Source of the DNA: Escherichia coli
Lineage (GTDB): Bacteria > Pseudomonadota > Gammaproteobacteria > Enterobacterales > Enterobacteriaceae
Assembly (NCBI RefSeq): GCF_024298765.1
Contig: NZ_CP101210.1
Direction: 5' to 3' (one strand)
Length of the DNA: 64,000 nucleotides
In this document: in pieces, positions 11,785 through 23,619 of the stretch
How the letters are laid out: every line of letters starts with the position of its first letter
How positions within the stretch are numbered: position 1 is the stretch's first letter
Notes under the pieces: model-generated
Seen by the model: only the letters and a program-made list of their open reading frames with translations
What the model was told of the DNA's origin: nothing
The model's database searches: none
Position numbers and translations under genes: made by a program

Positions 11785-12191
11785 TATGGAAACGAAAAAT
11801 CACCCTGGAAGCACTGAATGCCATGGGTGAAGGAAACATGGTGGGGTTGCTGGATATTCGCTTTGAACATATTGGTGATGACACCCTTGAAGCGACAATG
11901 CCAGTAGACTCGCGGACAAAGCAGCCTTTCGGGTTGCTGCATGGAGGGGCATCCGTGGTACTGGCCGAAAGTATCGGTTCCGTTGCCGGTTATTTATGTA
12001 CCGAAGGTGAGCAAAAGGTGGTTGGTCTGGAAATCAATGCTAACCACGTCCGCTCGGCACGAGAAGGGCGGGTGCGCGGCGTATGCAAACCGTTGCATCT
12101 CGGTTCGCGTCACCAGGTCTGGCAGATTGAAATCTTCGATGAGAAAGGGCGTTTGTGCTGTTCGTCACGATTAACGACCGCCATTTTGTGA
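11781..12191 (+). CDS. menI: 1,4-dihydroxy-2-naphthoyl-CoA hydrolase (hotdog-fold thioesterase)
   Basis: 136-aa ORF recognised as MenI/YdiI; ATGA overlap with ydiJ stop. Confidence 0.93.
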   Translation: MIWKRKITLEALNAMGEGNMVGLLDIRFEHIGDDTLEATMPVDSRTKQPFGLLHGGASVVLAESIGSVAGYLCTEGEQKVVGLEINANHVRSAREGRVRGVCKPLHLGSRHQVWQIEIFDEKGRLCCSSRLTTAIL

Positions 12192-12290
12192 CGTTGTCAC
12201 CAGAAAAGTGTGACGCATATTGCTTTTGGTCATTATCTGCACAGTAAACGGTGGTATACTGTGCAGGTCTTGTCTAAAAGCGAGGATGCT

Positions 12291-12479
12291 ATGTCTACTC
12301 AACTTGATCCCACCCAGCTGGCCATTGAATTTTTACGCCGTGACCAGAGCAATCTTTCACCTGCCCAATATCTCAAACGTCTGAAACAACTAGAACTTGA
12401 ATTTGCTGACCTGCTTACTCTCTCTTCTGCTGAATTAAAAGAAGAAATCTACTTTGCCTGGCGTCTGGGCGTGCATTGA
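12291..12479 (+). CDS. ydiH: Uncharacterised small protein YdiH (62 aa)
   Basis: ORF 12210-12479 trimmed to internal Met MSTQLDPTQ... to match the 62-aa length I recall. Confidence 0.7.
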   Translation: MSTQLDPTQLAIEFLRRDQSNLSPAQYLKRLKQLELEFADLLTLSSAELKEEIYFAWRLGVH

Positions 12480-12685
12480 TCCTGACTTAATGCCGCAATT
12501 TTGCCAAATCGACCTGGATTAACCTCCGTCCAGGTTCGATGACCTTCTTAATACTGCTTATCTATCCGCCTGATATTGTTCAAAAATAATACTAATCGCA
12601 GTTTGTGTTAAAACGGCGGGTTAGCTTTATGAGATTATTCTTATCGCCCCTTCAAGAGCTAAGCCACTGAGAGTGCCGGAGATAA

Positions 12686-12750
12686 GCGCCGGATGGGGTA
12701 GAAACCCTTAAGCCTGTGTCGCACAGACTTAAGGGTTTTCTTATTTCTGA
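12686..12750 (+). ncRNA. rydB: Candidate sRNA (position expected for rydB) ending at an intrinsic terminator; boundaries approximate
   Basis: Strong hairpin AAACCCTTAAGCCTGTGTCGCACAGACTTAAGGGTTTT followed by TCTTATTTCT on the + strand, between ydiH and the suf promoter where rydB is mapped in K-12; strand and 5' end not verified. Confidence 0.35.
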
Positions 12751-12967
12751 ACGCTGCACTTTTTTACCTATCTCTTAAATAGTCATTTTCAATACAACTT
12801 TTTCTTTTTCATCACAGCCTTAATGCTCCTTAGATAATAATCATTATCTAACAATGAGATACCTAATTCTTAGCGTGCCTGTTAACCCACACATCAGGGT
12901 CTATGCTTATTAAAAGCAGGAAAAAAGCATGTTTTACGGTAAAGCCCCTGCGTTTGCTGGGTTGAAC

Positions 12968-12983
12968 TGATAATCATTATCAC
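12968..12983. promoter_or_regulatory. Fur box overlapping the sufA promoter -35/-10 region
   Basis: TGATAATCATTATCAC matches the Fur consensus GATAATGATAATCATTATC; about 45 bp upstream of the sufA start; the suf operon is known to be Fur-repressed. Confidence 0.6.
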
Positions 12984-13027
12984 TAACATGCTGTTTTACG
13001 CTGAAAGCGATGAAGTGAGGTAAATCG

Positions 13028-13396
13028 ATGGACATGCATTCAGGAACCTTTAATCCACAGGATTTCGCCTGGCAGGGCTTAACGCTGACACCCGCAGCCG
13101 CTGTCCACATCCGCGAGCTGGTGGCAAAGCAGCCGGGTATGGTCGGCGTGCGCTTAGGCGTGAAGCAAACGGGCTGCGCGGGCTTTGGCTATGTGCTCGA
13201 CAGTGTTAGCGAGCCGGACAAAGACGATCTGCTGTTTGAACACGACGGCGCGAAGCTGTTTGTCCCGCTGCAAGCGATGCCGTTTATTGATGGCACGGAA
13301 GTCGATTTCGTTCGTGAAGGACTTAATCAGATATTCAAATTTCACAACCCTAAAGCCCAGAATGAATGTGGCTGTGGCGAAAGCTTTGGGGTATAG
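13028..13396 (+). CDS. sufA: Fe-S cluster A-type carrier protein SufA
   Basis: 122-aa ORF recognised as SufA, complete with its own stop codon. Confidence 0.95.
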   Translation: MDMHSGTFNPQDFAWQGLTLTPAAAVHIRELVAKQPGMVGVRLGVKQTGCAGFGYVLDSVSEPDKDDLLFEHDGAKLFVPLQAMPFIDGTEVDFVREGLNQIFKFHNPKAQNECGCGESFGV

Positions 13397-13404
13397 GCGG
13401 TACT

Positions 13405-14640
13405 ATGTCTCGTAATACTGAAGCAACTGACGATGTCAAAACCTGGACCGGCGGCCCGCTGAATTATAAAGAAGGATTCTTCACCCAGTTAGCCACCGAT
13501 GAGCTGGCAAAGGGGATAAACGAAGAGGTGGTGCGCGCAATTTCGGCGAAGCGTAATGAGCCGGAGTGGATGCTGGAGTTTCGTCTCAACGCCTATCACG
13601 CATGGCTGGAGATGGAAGAACCGCACTGGTTGAAAGCGCACTACGACAAGCTGAATTATCAGGATTACAGCTACTACTCGGCACCATCGTGCGGTAATTG
13701 TGACGACAACTGCGCGTCTGAACCCGGCGCGGTGCAGCAAACTGGCGCGAACGCCTTTTTAAGTAAAGAGGTGGAGGCGGCGTTTGAGCAGTTGGGCGTT
13801 CCCGTGCGGGAAGGCAAAGAGGTGGCAGTGGATGCCATTTTCGACTCTGTTTCGGTTGCCACTACTTATCGCGAAAAACTGGCGGAGCAGGGAATTATTT
13901 TTTGTTCCTTTGGCGAGGCGATCCACGATCACCCGGAACTGGTGCGTAAATATCTCGGCACCGTGGTGCCGGAGAATGACAACTTCTTTGCCGCACTTAA
14001 TGCGGCGGTAGCCTCTGACGGTACGTTTATTTATGTGCCTAAAGGCGTGCGTTGCCCGATGGAACTTTCCACCTATTTTCGCATTAACGCGGAAAAAACC
14101 GGGCAGTTTGAGCGCACCATTCTGGTGGCCGACGAAGACAGCTATGTCAGCTACATTGAAGGCTGTTCCGCTCCGGTGCGTGACAGCTATCATAATGGCG
14201 AATACCTCATTCATGGCACCAGTGCGCCGGACAGCGTCGGTTTGCGCGTCAGTTCGGGCTGTATTCGCATGAATGCACCGGATATTAAAGCTTTATTCTC
14301 CAGCGTGCGGACGGGAACACCGGTGAAAGTGATCAACGAACCGGTGAAATATTCCGTGGAACCTAACGGGATGCGTTATGTTGAAGTACATCGACCACTA
14401 TCGGCAGAAGAACAGCAGAACGTTCAGACAATGCCGTACACGCTGCCAGCAGGCTTTACGCAATTTAAAGACAATAAGGCTGTAGATCAGAAGTTAGTCG
14501 ATAAAGCGTTGTATCGTCGGGCAGGGTATCCGGTTGCGGTGAGCAGTGGAGCAACTCCCGCAGCCAGCAATGCGCCTTCAGTAGAGTCAGCGCAGAATGG
14601 GGAACCAGAGCAAGGGAATGTGTTACGCGCGACGCAGTAG
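13405..14640 (+). CDS. Chimeric in-frame ORF (411 aa): SufB residues 1-262 fused to the C-terminal 149 residues of L,D-transpeptidase LdtE (YnhG); apparent deletion product, junction near 14190/14191
   Basis: Translation [17 protein letters not shown]...[13 protein letters not shown] is SufB, then [28 protein letters not shown]...NVLRATQ is the YkuD-type catalytic domain and tail of LdtE; lpp follows immediately as it does downstream of ldtE in K-12; no sufC, sufD, sufS or sufE anywhere in the window. Confidence 0.85.
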   Translation: MSRNTEATDDVKTWTGGPLNYKEGFFTQLATDELAKGINEEVVRAISAKRNEPEWMLEFRLNAYHAWLEMEEPHWLKAHYDKLNYQDYSYYSAPSCGNCDDNCASEPGAVQQTGANAFLSKEVEAAFEQLGVPVREGKEVAVDAIFDSVSVATTYREKLAEQGIIFCSFGEAIHDHPELVRKYLGTVVPENDNFFAALNAAVASDGTFIYVPKGVRCPMELSTYFRINAEKTGQFERTILVADEDSYVSYIEGCSAPVRDSYHNGEYLIHGTSAPDSVGLRVSSGCIRMNAPDIKALFSSVRTGTPVKVINEPVKYSVEPNGMRYVEVHRPLSAEEQQNVQTMPYTLPAGFTQFKDNKAVDQKLVDKALYRRAGYPVAVSSGATPAASNAPSVESAQNGEPEQGNVLRATQ

Positions 14641-14655
14641 CGGTAAATAGCAGGC

Positions 14656-14686
14656 AAAAAAATGGCGCACAATGTGCGCCATTTTT
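14656..14686. terminator. Bidirectional intrinsic terminator shared by lpp and the convergent upstream ORF
   Basis: AAAAAAATGGCGCACAATGTGCGCCATTTTT: GC-rich hairpin flanked by an A-run and a T-run. Confidence 0.8.
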
Positions 14687-14702
14687 CACTTCACAGGTAC
14701 TA

Positions 14703-14951
<249 letters not shown>

Positions 14952-15193
14952 CTAGATTGAGTTAATCTCCATGTAGCGTTACAAGTATTACACAAAGTTT
15001 TTTATGTTGAGAATATTTTTTTGATGGGAAGGCACTTATTTTTGATCGTTCGCTCAAAGAAGCATCGAACGCTGGGTTTTAGATAAAAAAATTGAGAGAA
15101 AACAGGATGCTTCCATCGGATTCATCTTAGATAAAGTGAGATTATATAGTGAAATCCGATTTGATTTTTTATTGCTTCTGGTTATCGATTAAA

Positions 15194-15218
15194 TAAAAAA
15201 AGCGCCCATCAGGGCGCT
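15194..15218 (-). terminator. pykF intrinsic terminator
   Basis: Hairpin AGCGCCC-ATCA-GGGCGCT preceded on + by an A-run, which is a T-run on the - strand, just past the pykF stop. Confidence 0.7.
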
Positions 15219-15249
15219 TCGATATACAAATTAATTCACAAAAGCAATA

Positions 15250-16662
15250 TTACAGGACGTGAACAGATGCGGTGTTAGTAGTGCCGCTCGGTACCAGTGC
15301 ACCAGAAACCATAACTACGACATCACCTTTGTGTGCCAGACCGCTCTGCAGAGCCAGTTCTTTACCCAGACGGTAGAAGTCATCAGTAGAAGTGATCTCT
15401 TTAACCAGCTGCGGCACAACGCCTTTGCTCAGTACTAACTGGTGAGCTGTTTTTTCGTTGGTGGTCAGTGCCAGGATGGTGGCATCCGGGAAGTATTTAC
15501 GTACTGCGCGAGCAGATTTACCGCCCTGAGTAGCAACCACGATCAGTGGAGCATCCAGTTTTTCAGCAGTTTCAACGGCACCACGGCATACCGCTTCGGT
15601 AATACGCAGTTTACGGTTGTCATTGTTGAACTCGAGACGGCTGTTCATCACGCGGTCTGTACGTTCGCAGATGGTCGCCATGATAGAAACCGCTTCCAGC
15701 GGGTATTTACCTTTTGCGGATTCACCAGACAGCATCACTGCGTCAGTACCGTCGAGGATGGCGTTTGCAACGTCACCGGCTTCTGCGCGAGTCGGGCGTG
15801 GGTTTTTGATCATGGAATCCAGCATCTGGGTCGCAGTGATAACAACTTTACGTGCACGGATACATTTTTCGATCATCATCTTCTGGGCGAAGATAACTTC
15901 TTCTACCGGGATTTCTACACCCAGGTCGCCACGCGCAACCATGATGCCGTCAGAGGCTTCGAGGATTTCGTCGAAGTTGTTGAGGCCTTCCTGGTTTTCG
16001 ATTTTGGAGATGATGTGGATGTTTTCGCCGCCGTGCGCTTTCAGGTGCTCACGGATTTCGATAACGTCAGAACGCTTACGAATAAAGGAAGCAGCAACAA
16101 AGTCTACGCCTTGTTCGCAACCAAAGATCAGGTCCTGTTTGTCTTTTTCAGCCAGTGCTGGCAGGGCAATGGAAACGCCAGGCAGGTTCACACCTTTGTT
16201 TTCGCCCAGGTCGCCGTTGTTCAGCACTTTACAGATAACTTTGTTACCTTCAATAGCGGTAACTTCCATACCGATCAGACCGTCGTCAACCAGTACGGTG
16301 TTGCCAACAGACAGGTCAGTAGTGAAACCTTCATACGTTACCGCAACCATTTCGCTGTTGCCGATAACAGATTTATCAGTAGTGAAAGTAAAGGTCTGAC
16401 CCGCTTTCAGAGAAACGTCGTTACCGCCTTCCAGTTTCATGGTGCGGATTTCCGGACCTTTGGTATCAAGCAGGATAGCGGCGGTTTTACCAGTTTTGCT
16501 CATCACGTTGCGCAGATTCTGAATGCGCTGACCGTGTTCTGCATAGTCACCATGAGAGAAGTTCAGACGCATAACGTTCATGCCAGCGTCCAGCATTTTA
16601 GCTAACATCTCTTCAGATTCGGTTTTCGGTCCGATGGTGCAAACAATTTTGGTCTTTTTCAT
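15250..16662 (-). CDS. pykF: Pyruvate kinase I (470 aa)
   Basis: ORF 15250-16878 trimmed to [40 protein letters not shown]..., recognised as PykF. Confidence 0.95.
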
Positions 16663-17218
16663 GACAGTCTTAGTCTTTAAGTTGAGAAGGATGGGAGAAA
16701 CTTGCTTTCTGGGCGCACTGCCGGAAAGCGAATCCGGTATTACGAAAGTGGTGGTGCCTCGCTCTAAGGATAGGTGACATCGAAAAAGCGTGCAGAGGAA
16801 TGTGTGCTTGTGTCTCAGCCCAACGTGAGTGCCTGTTTTTGAGTCGTTGAGTTCTACAGTCCAAAGTGCTGAAACCATTCAAGAGTCAATTGGCGCGCAT
16901 TATACGCTGAAATTAATCCAAAAGGAAAACAAAAACAGCGTTTCAAAAAATATACAACTTGTTAGACAATAAATTGTTATCAAAGATTTAACGTTCCAGG
17001 GAAAAGGTTACGCAAAAACTTCACTGTTTGCGCAACGTCTGGTGCCGGGGTTGTCAGTGTGAGGATAAGTGAAAGTTCATCCGGTGTATAAATACATCAT
17101 CGCTCAATTGCTACAGTTAAAATAATTTATCACGTTATTTGTCTGATTTTGTTTGATTTTTGTTTAATTGGTTAGATTGATATATGCTGATAGTTGGCAT
17201 GATAAATAGGTATAAAGA

Positions 17219-17428
17219 ATGGGAAACCGGACAAAAGAGGATGAACTGTACCGAGAAATGTGCAGAGTTGTCGGTAAAGTTGTGCTGGAAATGCGCGATC
17301 TGGGGCAGGAACCAAAGCATATTGTTATCGCAGGCGTATTACGTACAGCATTAGCCAATAAACGCATTCAGCGCAGTGAGCTGGAAAAGCAGGCGATGGA
17401 AACAGTCATTAACGCACTGGTAAAATGA
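17219..17428 (+). CDS. fumD: Fumarase D (69 aa)
   Basis: 69-aa ORF recognised as YdhZ/FumD. Confidence 0.85.
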   Translation: MGNRTKEDELYREMCRVVGKVVLEMRDLGQEPKHIVIAGVLRTALANKRIQRSELEKQAMETVINALVK

Positions 17429-17432
17429 CCAT

Positions 17433-17470
17433 TCAGGATGAGGCGGTAAGCTTCATCCTGATATTGTTAG
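17433..17470 (+). terminator. Putative fumD terminator hairpin
   Basis: TCAGGATGA-loop-TCATCCTGA inverted repeat immediately after the fumD stop. Confidence 0.5.
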
Positions 17471-17668
17471 TTCAGTTGCGGTCCAGTTAATCATTCTAAA
17501 TAACAACTGCTGAAATTATACGAATTTCGGTGTATATTTTAATTTATAGCGATAAAGTTATTTTTATTTTCTGCGATGAACTTCACAAATAATTGTCGGT
17601 TAAGTTAAATTTATTTCAAATGATAATAAATATCAGTTCACTTATAATTTCTTGCTTTGTGATTTTAA

Positions 17669-17682
17669 TTGATAACGATCAA
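17669..17682. promoter_or_regulatory. FNR-binding site in the ydhY promoter region
   Basis: TTGATAACGATCAA is a perfect match to the FNR consensus TTGAT-N4-ATCAA, about 200 bp upstream of ydhY in an AT-rich region; the ydhYVWXUT operon is reported to be FNR-activated. Confidence 0.65.
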
Positions 17683-17883
17683 TGTTAAGAGCCCAGAATA
17701 ATCACATTATTTTTTCTCCTAACCATAAAGGATTAGTTTATCAGCGTTAAATCTTTTCTCATACACTATCGGGTTAGGGAAAATATCTGGTGTTGAGGAC
17801 AGCGTCAGCAGCGTATTAGTTGAGTGCCTAATATCAGGCTGCTGAATTGTCAGCACTGTGTTTGCGAAGAGGATGCGAAATAA

Positions 17884-20633
<2,750 letters not shown>

Positions 20634-20636
20634 GGA

Positions 20637-21284
20637 ATGGGTGAGATGAACCATCAGGATGAATTGCCGTTAGCGAAAGTCAGCGAAGTTGATGAGGCGA
20701 AGCGGCAATGGTTGCAGGGGATGCGTCACCCCGTTGATACGGTAACCGAACCAGAACCTGCTGAAATCCTGGCAGAGTTCATTCGTCAGCATTCTGCGGC
20801 TGGGCAGCTGGTGGCGCGCGCCGTGTTTCTCTCGCCGCCCTATTCGGTTGCAGAAGAGGAACTGTCAGTTTTGCTGGAAAACATTAAGCAGAACGGAGAC
20901 CACGCGGATATCGCGTGTATGACGGGAAGCCAGGATGATTACTATTACTCAACGCAGGCCATGAGTGAAAACTACGCGGCGATGTCTTTGCAAGTTGTGG
21001 AGCAGGACATTTGTCGCGCCATTGCACACGCCGTTCGTTTTGAGTGCCAGACGTATCCTCGTCCTTACAAAGTCGCCATGCTGATGCAAGCGCCATATTA
21101 CTTCCAGGAAGCGCAGATCGAAGCCGCGATCGCCGCGATGGATATTGCACCTGAATATGCTGATATACGGCAGGTGGAGTCATCGACGGCGGTGTTGTAC
21201 TTGTTTAGCGAGCGATTTATGACCTATGGCAAGGCGTATGGCTTATGCGAATGGTTCGAGGTAGAGCAGTTTCAGAACCCCTGA
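20637..21284 (+). CDS. ydhW: Uncharacterised protein YdhW
   Basis: 215-aa ORF in the expected position between ydhV and ydhX. Confidence 0.85.
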   Translation: MGEMNHQDELPLAKVSEVDEAKRQWLQGMRHPVDTVTEPEPAEILAEFIRQHSAAGQLVARAVFLSPPYSVAEEELSVLLENIKQNGDHADIACMTGSQDDYYYSTQAMSENYAAMSLQVVEQDICRAIAHAVRFECQTYPRPYKVAMLMQAPYYFQEAQIEAAIAAMDIAPEYADIRQVESSTAVLYLFSERFMTYGKAYGLCEWFEVEQFQNP

Positions 21285-21347
21285 AATTTCAGGGAGATGT
21301 CATGGATAGGGTGGACAGTAGCAGCCACTGCATTAGGGGATAATCAG

Positions 21348-22016
21348 ATGTCCTTCACTCGACGCAAATTTGTTCTGGGGATGGGAACAGTAATCTTTTT
21401 TACTGGTTCTGCGTCTTCTCTGTTAGCGAACACGATGCAAGAAAAGAAAGTTCGGTATGCCATGATTCATGACGAGTCACGGTGCAATGGCTGTAATATT
21501 TGCGCCCGCGCATGCCGTAAAACTAACCACGTCCCCGCTCAGGGAAGCCGTTTATCGATAGCACACATTCCAGTCACCGATAACGACAACGAAACGCAGT
21601 ATCACTTTTTTCGCCAGTCATGCCAGCACTGTGAAGATGCTCCTTGCATCGACGTTTGCCCGACAGGGGCGTCGTGGCGTGATGAGCAGGGGATCGTGCG
21701 GGTAGAAAAATCGCAGTGCATCGGCTGCAGTTATTGCATTGGCGCTTGTCCTTACCAGGTTCGCTACCTTAACCCTGTCACTAAAGTGGCAGATAAATGT
21801 GATTTCTGCGCTGAGTCCCGACTGGCAAAAGGCTTTCCGCCCATTTGCGTCAGCGCCTGTCCGGAACACGCATTGATCTTTGGTCGCGAAGATAGCCCAG
21901 AAATTCAGGCGTGGTTGCAGGAAAATAAATACTATCAATATCAGCTACCTGGTGCCGGGAAACCGCACCTGTATCGCCGGTTCGGTCAACATTTGATTAA
22001 AAAGGAAAATGTATGA
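21348..22016 (+). CDS. ydhX: Tat-signal 4Fe-4S ferredoxin-type protein (222 aa)
   Basis: ORF 21297-22016 trimmed to MSFTRRKFVLGMG... (twin-arginine motif) with multiple Cys clusters. Confidence 0.88.
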   Translation: MSFTRRKFVLGMGTVIFFTGSASSLLANTMQEKKVRYAMIHDESRCNGCNICARACRKTNHVPAQGSRLSIAHIPVTDNDNETQYHFFRQSCQHCEDAPCIDVCPTGASWRDEQGIVRVEKSQCIGCSYCIGACPYQVRYLNPVTKVADKCDFCAESRLAKGFPPICVSACPEHALIFGREDSPEIQAWLQENKYYQYQLPGAGKPHLYRRFGQHLIKKENV

Positions 22017-22798
22017 ACCCGTCGCAACATGCTGAACAGTTTCAGAGCCAGTTGGCGAACTATGTGCCACTGTTCACTCCCCAATTTTGGCCGGTGTGGT
22101 TGATCATTGCCGGACTATTGCTGGTAGGGATGTGGTTGGTGCTGGGGCTGCATGCCTTGCTTCGTGCTCGTGGCGTGAAGAAATCAGCCAACGACCATGG
22201 TGAGAAGGTTTATCTTTACAGCAAAGCGGTCAGATTATGGCACTGGTCGAATGCGTTACTCTTTGTATTGTTGCTGGCAAGTGGGCTGATAAATCACTTT
22301 GCGCTGGTGGGCGCAACTACGGTTAAAAGTCTGGTTGCGGTGCATGAAGTTTGCGGATTTTTGTTACTGGCATGCTGGCTCGGCTTTGTTCTGATCAATG
22401 CCGTTGGGGGTAATGGTCACCACTATCGCATTCGTCGTCAGGGGTGGCTGGAGCGAGCGGCAAAACAAACGCGATTCTATTTGTTTGGCATTATGCAGGG
22501 GGAAGAACATCCTTTCCCGGCAACAACCCAGTCTAAATTTAATCCCTTACAGCAGGTTGCCTATGTTGGTGTCATGTATGGATTGCTGCCGTTGTTACTA
22601 TTGACGGGGCTGCTGTGTCTCTATCCGCAAGCCGTGGGAGATGTGTTTCCTGGCGTAAGATACTGGTTATTGCAGGCGCATTTTGCTCTGGCATTTATAA
22701 GCCTCTTTTTTATCTTCGGTCATCTTTATCTTTGCACCACGGGGCGTACGCCACACGAAACCTTTAAAAGCATGGTCGATGGCTATCACCGGCACTAA
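22013..22798 (+). CDS. ydhU: Membrane cytochrome b-type subunit (PhsC/NrfD-like)
   Basis: 261-aa hydrophobic ORF recognised as YdhU; overlaps ydhX stop. Confidence 0.88.
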   Translation: MNPSQHAEQFQSQLANYVPLFTPQFWPVWLIIAGLLLVGMWLVLGLHALLRARGVKKSANDHGEKVYLYSKAVRLWHWSNALLFVLLLASGLINHFALVGATTVKSLVAVHEVCGFLLLACWLGFVLINAVGGNGHHYRIRRQGWLERAAKQTRFYLFGIMQGEEHPFPATTQSKFNPLQQVAYVGVMYGLLPLLLLTGLLCLYPQAVGDVFPGVRYWLLQAHFALAFISLFFIFGHLYLCTTGRTPHETFKSMVDGYHRH

Positions 22799-22801
22799 CG
22801 A

Positions 22802-23614
22802 ATGATCATTACACGAGCAGACCTGCGAGAATGGCGTATCGGAGCGGTGATGTATCGCTGGTTTCTGCGCCATTTCCCACGCGGCGGTAGTTATGCCGAT
22901 ATTCATCATGCACTGATTGAGGAAGGATATACGGACTGGGCGGAGAGTCTGGTTGAGTATGCGTGGAAAAAATGGCTGGCGGATGAAAACTTCGCGCATC
23001 AGGAAGTTTCTTCTATGCAAAAACTGGCCACAGATCCCGGAGAGAGAGCATTTTGCAGTCAGTTTGCCCGCAGCGACGATCATGCTCGCATCGGCTGTTG
23101 TGAGGATAATGCCAGAATCGCAACCGCTGGGTATGCCGCGCAAATTGCCAGTATGGGTTATAGCGTGCGGATTGGAAGTGTCGGCTTTAACAGTCACATT
23201 GGCAGCTCCGGTGAACGCGCACGGGTTGCTGTAACCGGTAATTCTTCGCGGATAAGCAGCGCTGGAGATAGCAGTCGGATTGCGAATACCGGAATGCGAG
23301 TACGCGTTTGTACATTGGGTGAACGATGTCATGTCGCCAGTAATGGTGACCTGGTGCAAATCGCCAGCTTTGGCGCAAACGCCAGAATTGCCAACAGCGG
23401 CGACAATGTACACATCATTGCCAGCGGTGAAGATTCAACAATAGTGAGCACGGGCGTGGTCGACTCAATTATTCTCGGGCCAGGGGGAAGCGCCGCACTG
23501 GCATATCATGACGGCGAAAGAGTTCGCTTCGCCGTCGCCATTGAAGGTGAAAACAATATTCGAGCCGGAGTCCGCTATCGCCTTAATGAACAGCATCAGT
23601 TTGTTGAGTGCTGA
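22802..23614 (+). CDS. ydhT: Uncharacterised protein YdhT with internal degenerate repeats
   Basis: 270-aa ORF; last gene of the ydhYVWXUT cluster. Confidence 0.85.
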   Translation: MIITRADLREWRIGAVMYRWFLRHFPRGGSYADIHHALIEEGYTDWAESLVEYAWKKWLADENFAHQEVSSMQKLATDPGERAFCSQFARSDDHARIGCCEDNARIATAGYAAQIASMGYSVRIGSVGFNSHIGSSGERARVAVTGNSSRISSAGDSSRIANTGMRVRVCTLGERCHVASNGDLVQIASFGANARIANSGDNVHIIASGEDSTIVSTGVVDSIILGPGGSAALAYHDGERVRFAVAIEGENNIRAGVRYRLNEQHQFVEC

Positions 23615-23619
23615 TAGCT

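Noticed and set aside
13028-13405. BL21(DE3)-type sufA-sufB in-frame fusion
   Set aside because: sufA is full length (122 aa) with its own stop at 13394-13396, and sufB starts normally at 13405. The lesion is further downstream, between sufB and ldtE.
15442-16605. 387-aa + strand ORF
   Set aside because: It lies entirely antisense to pykF, has no recognisable domains, and has low-complexity composition typical of a shadow frame of a highly expressed gene.
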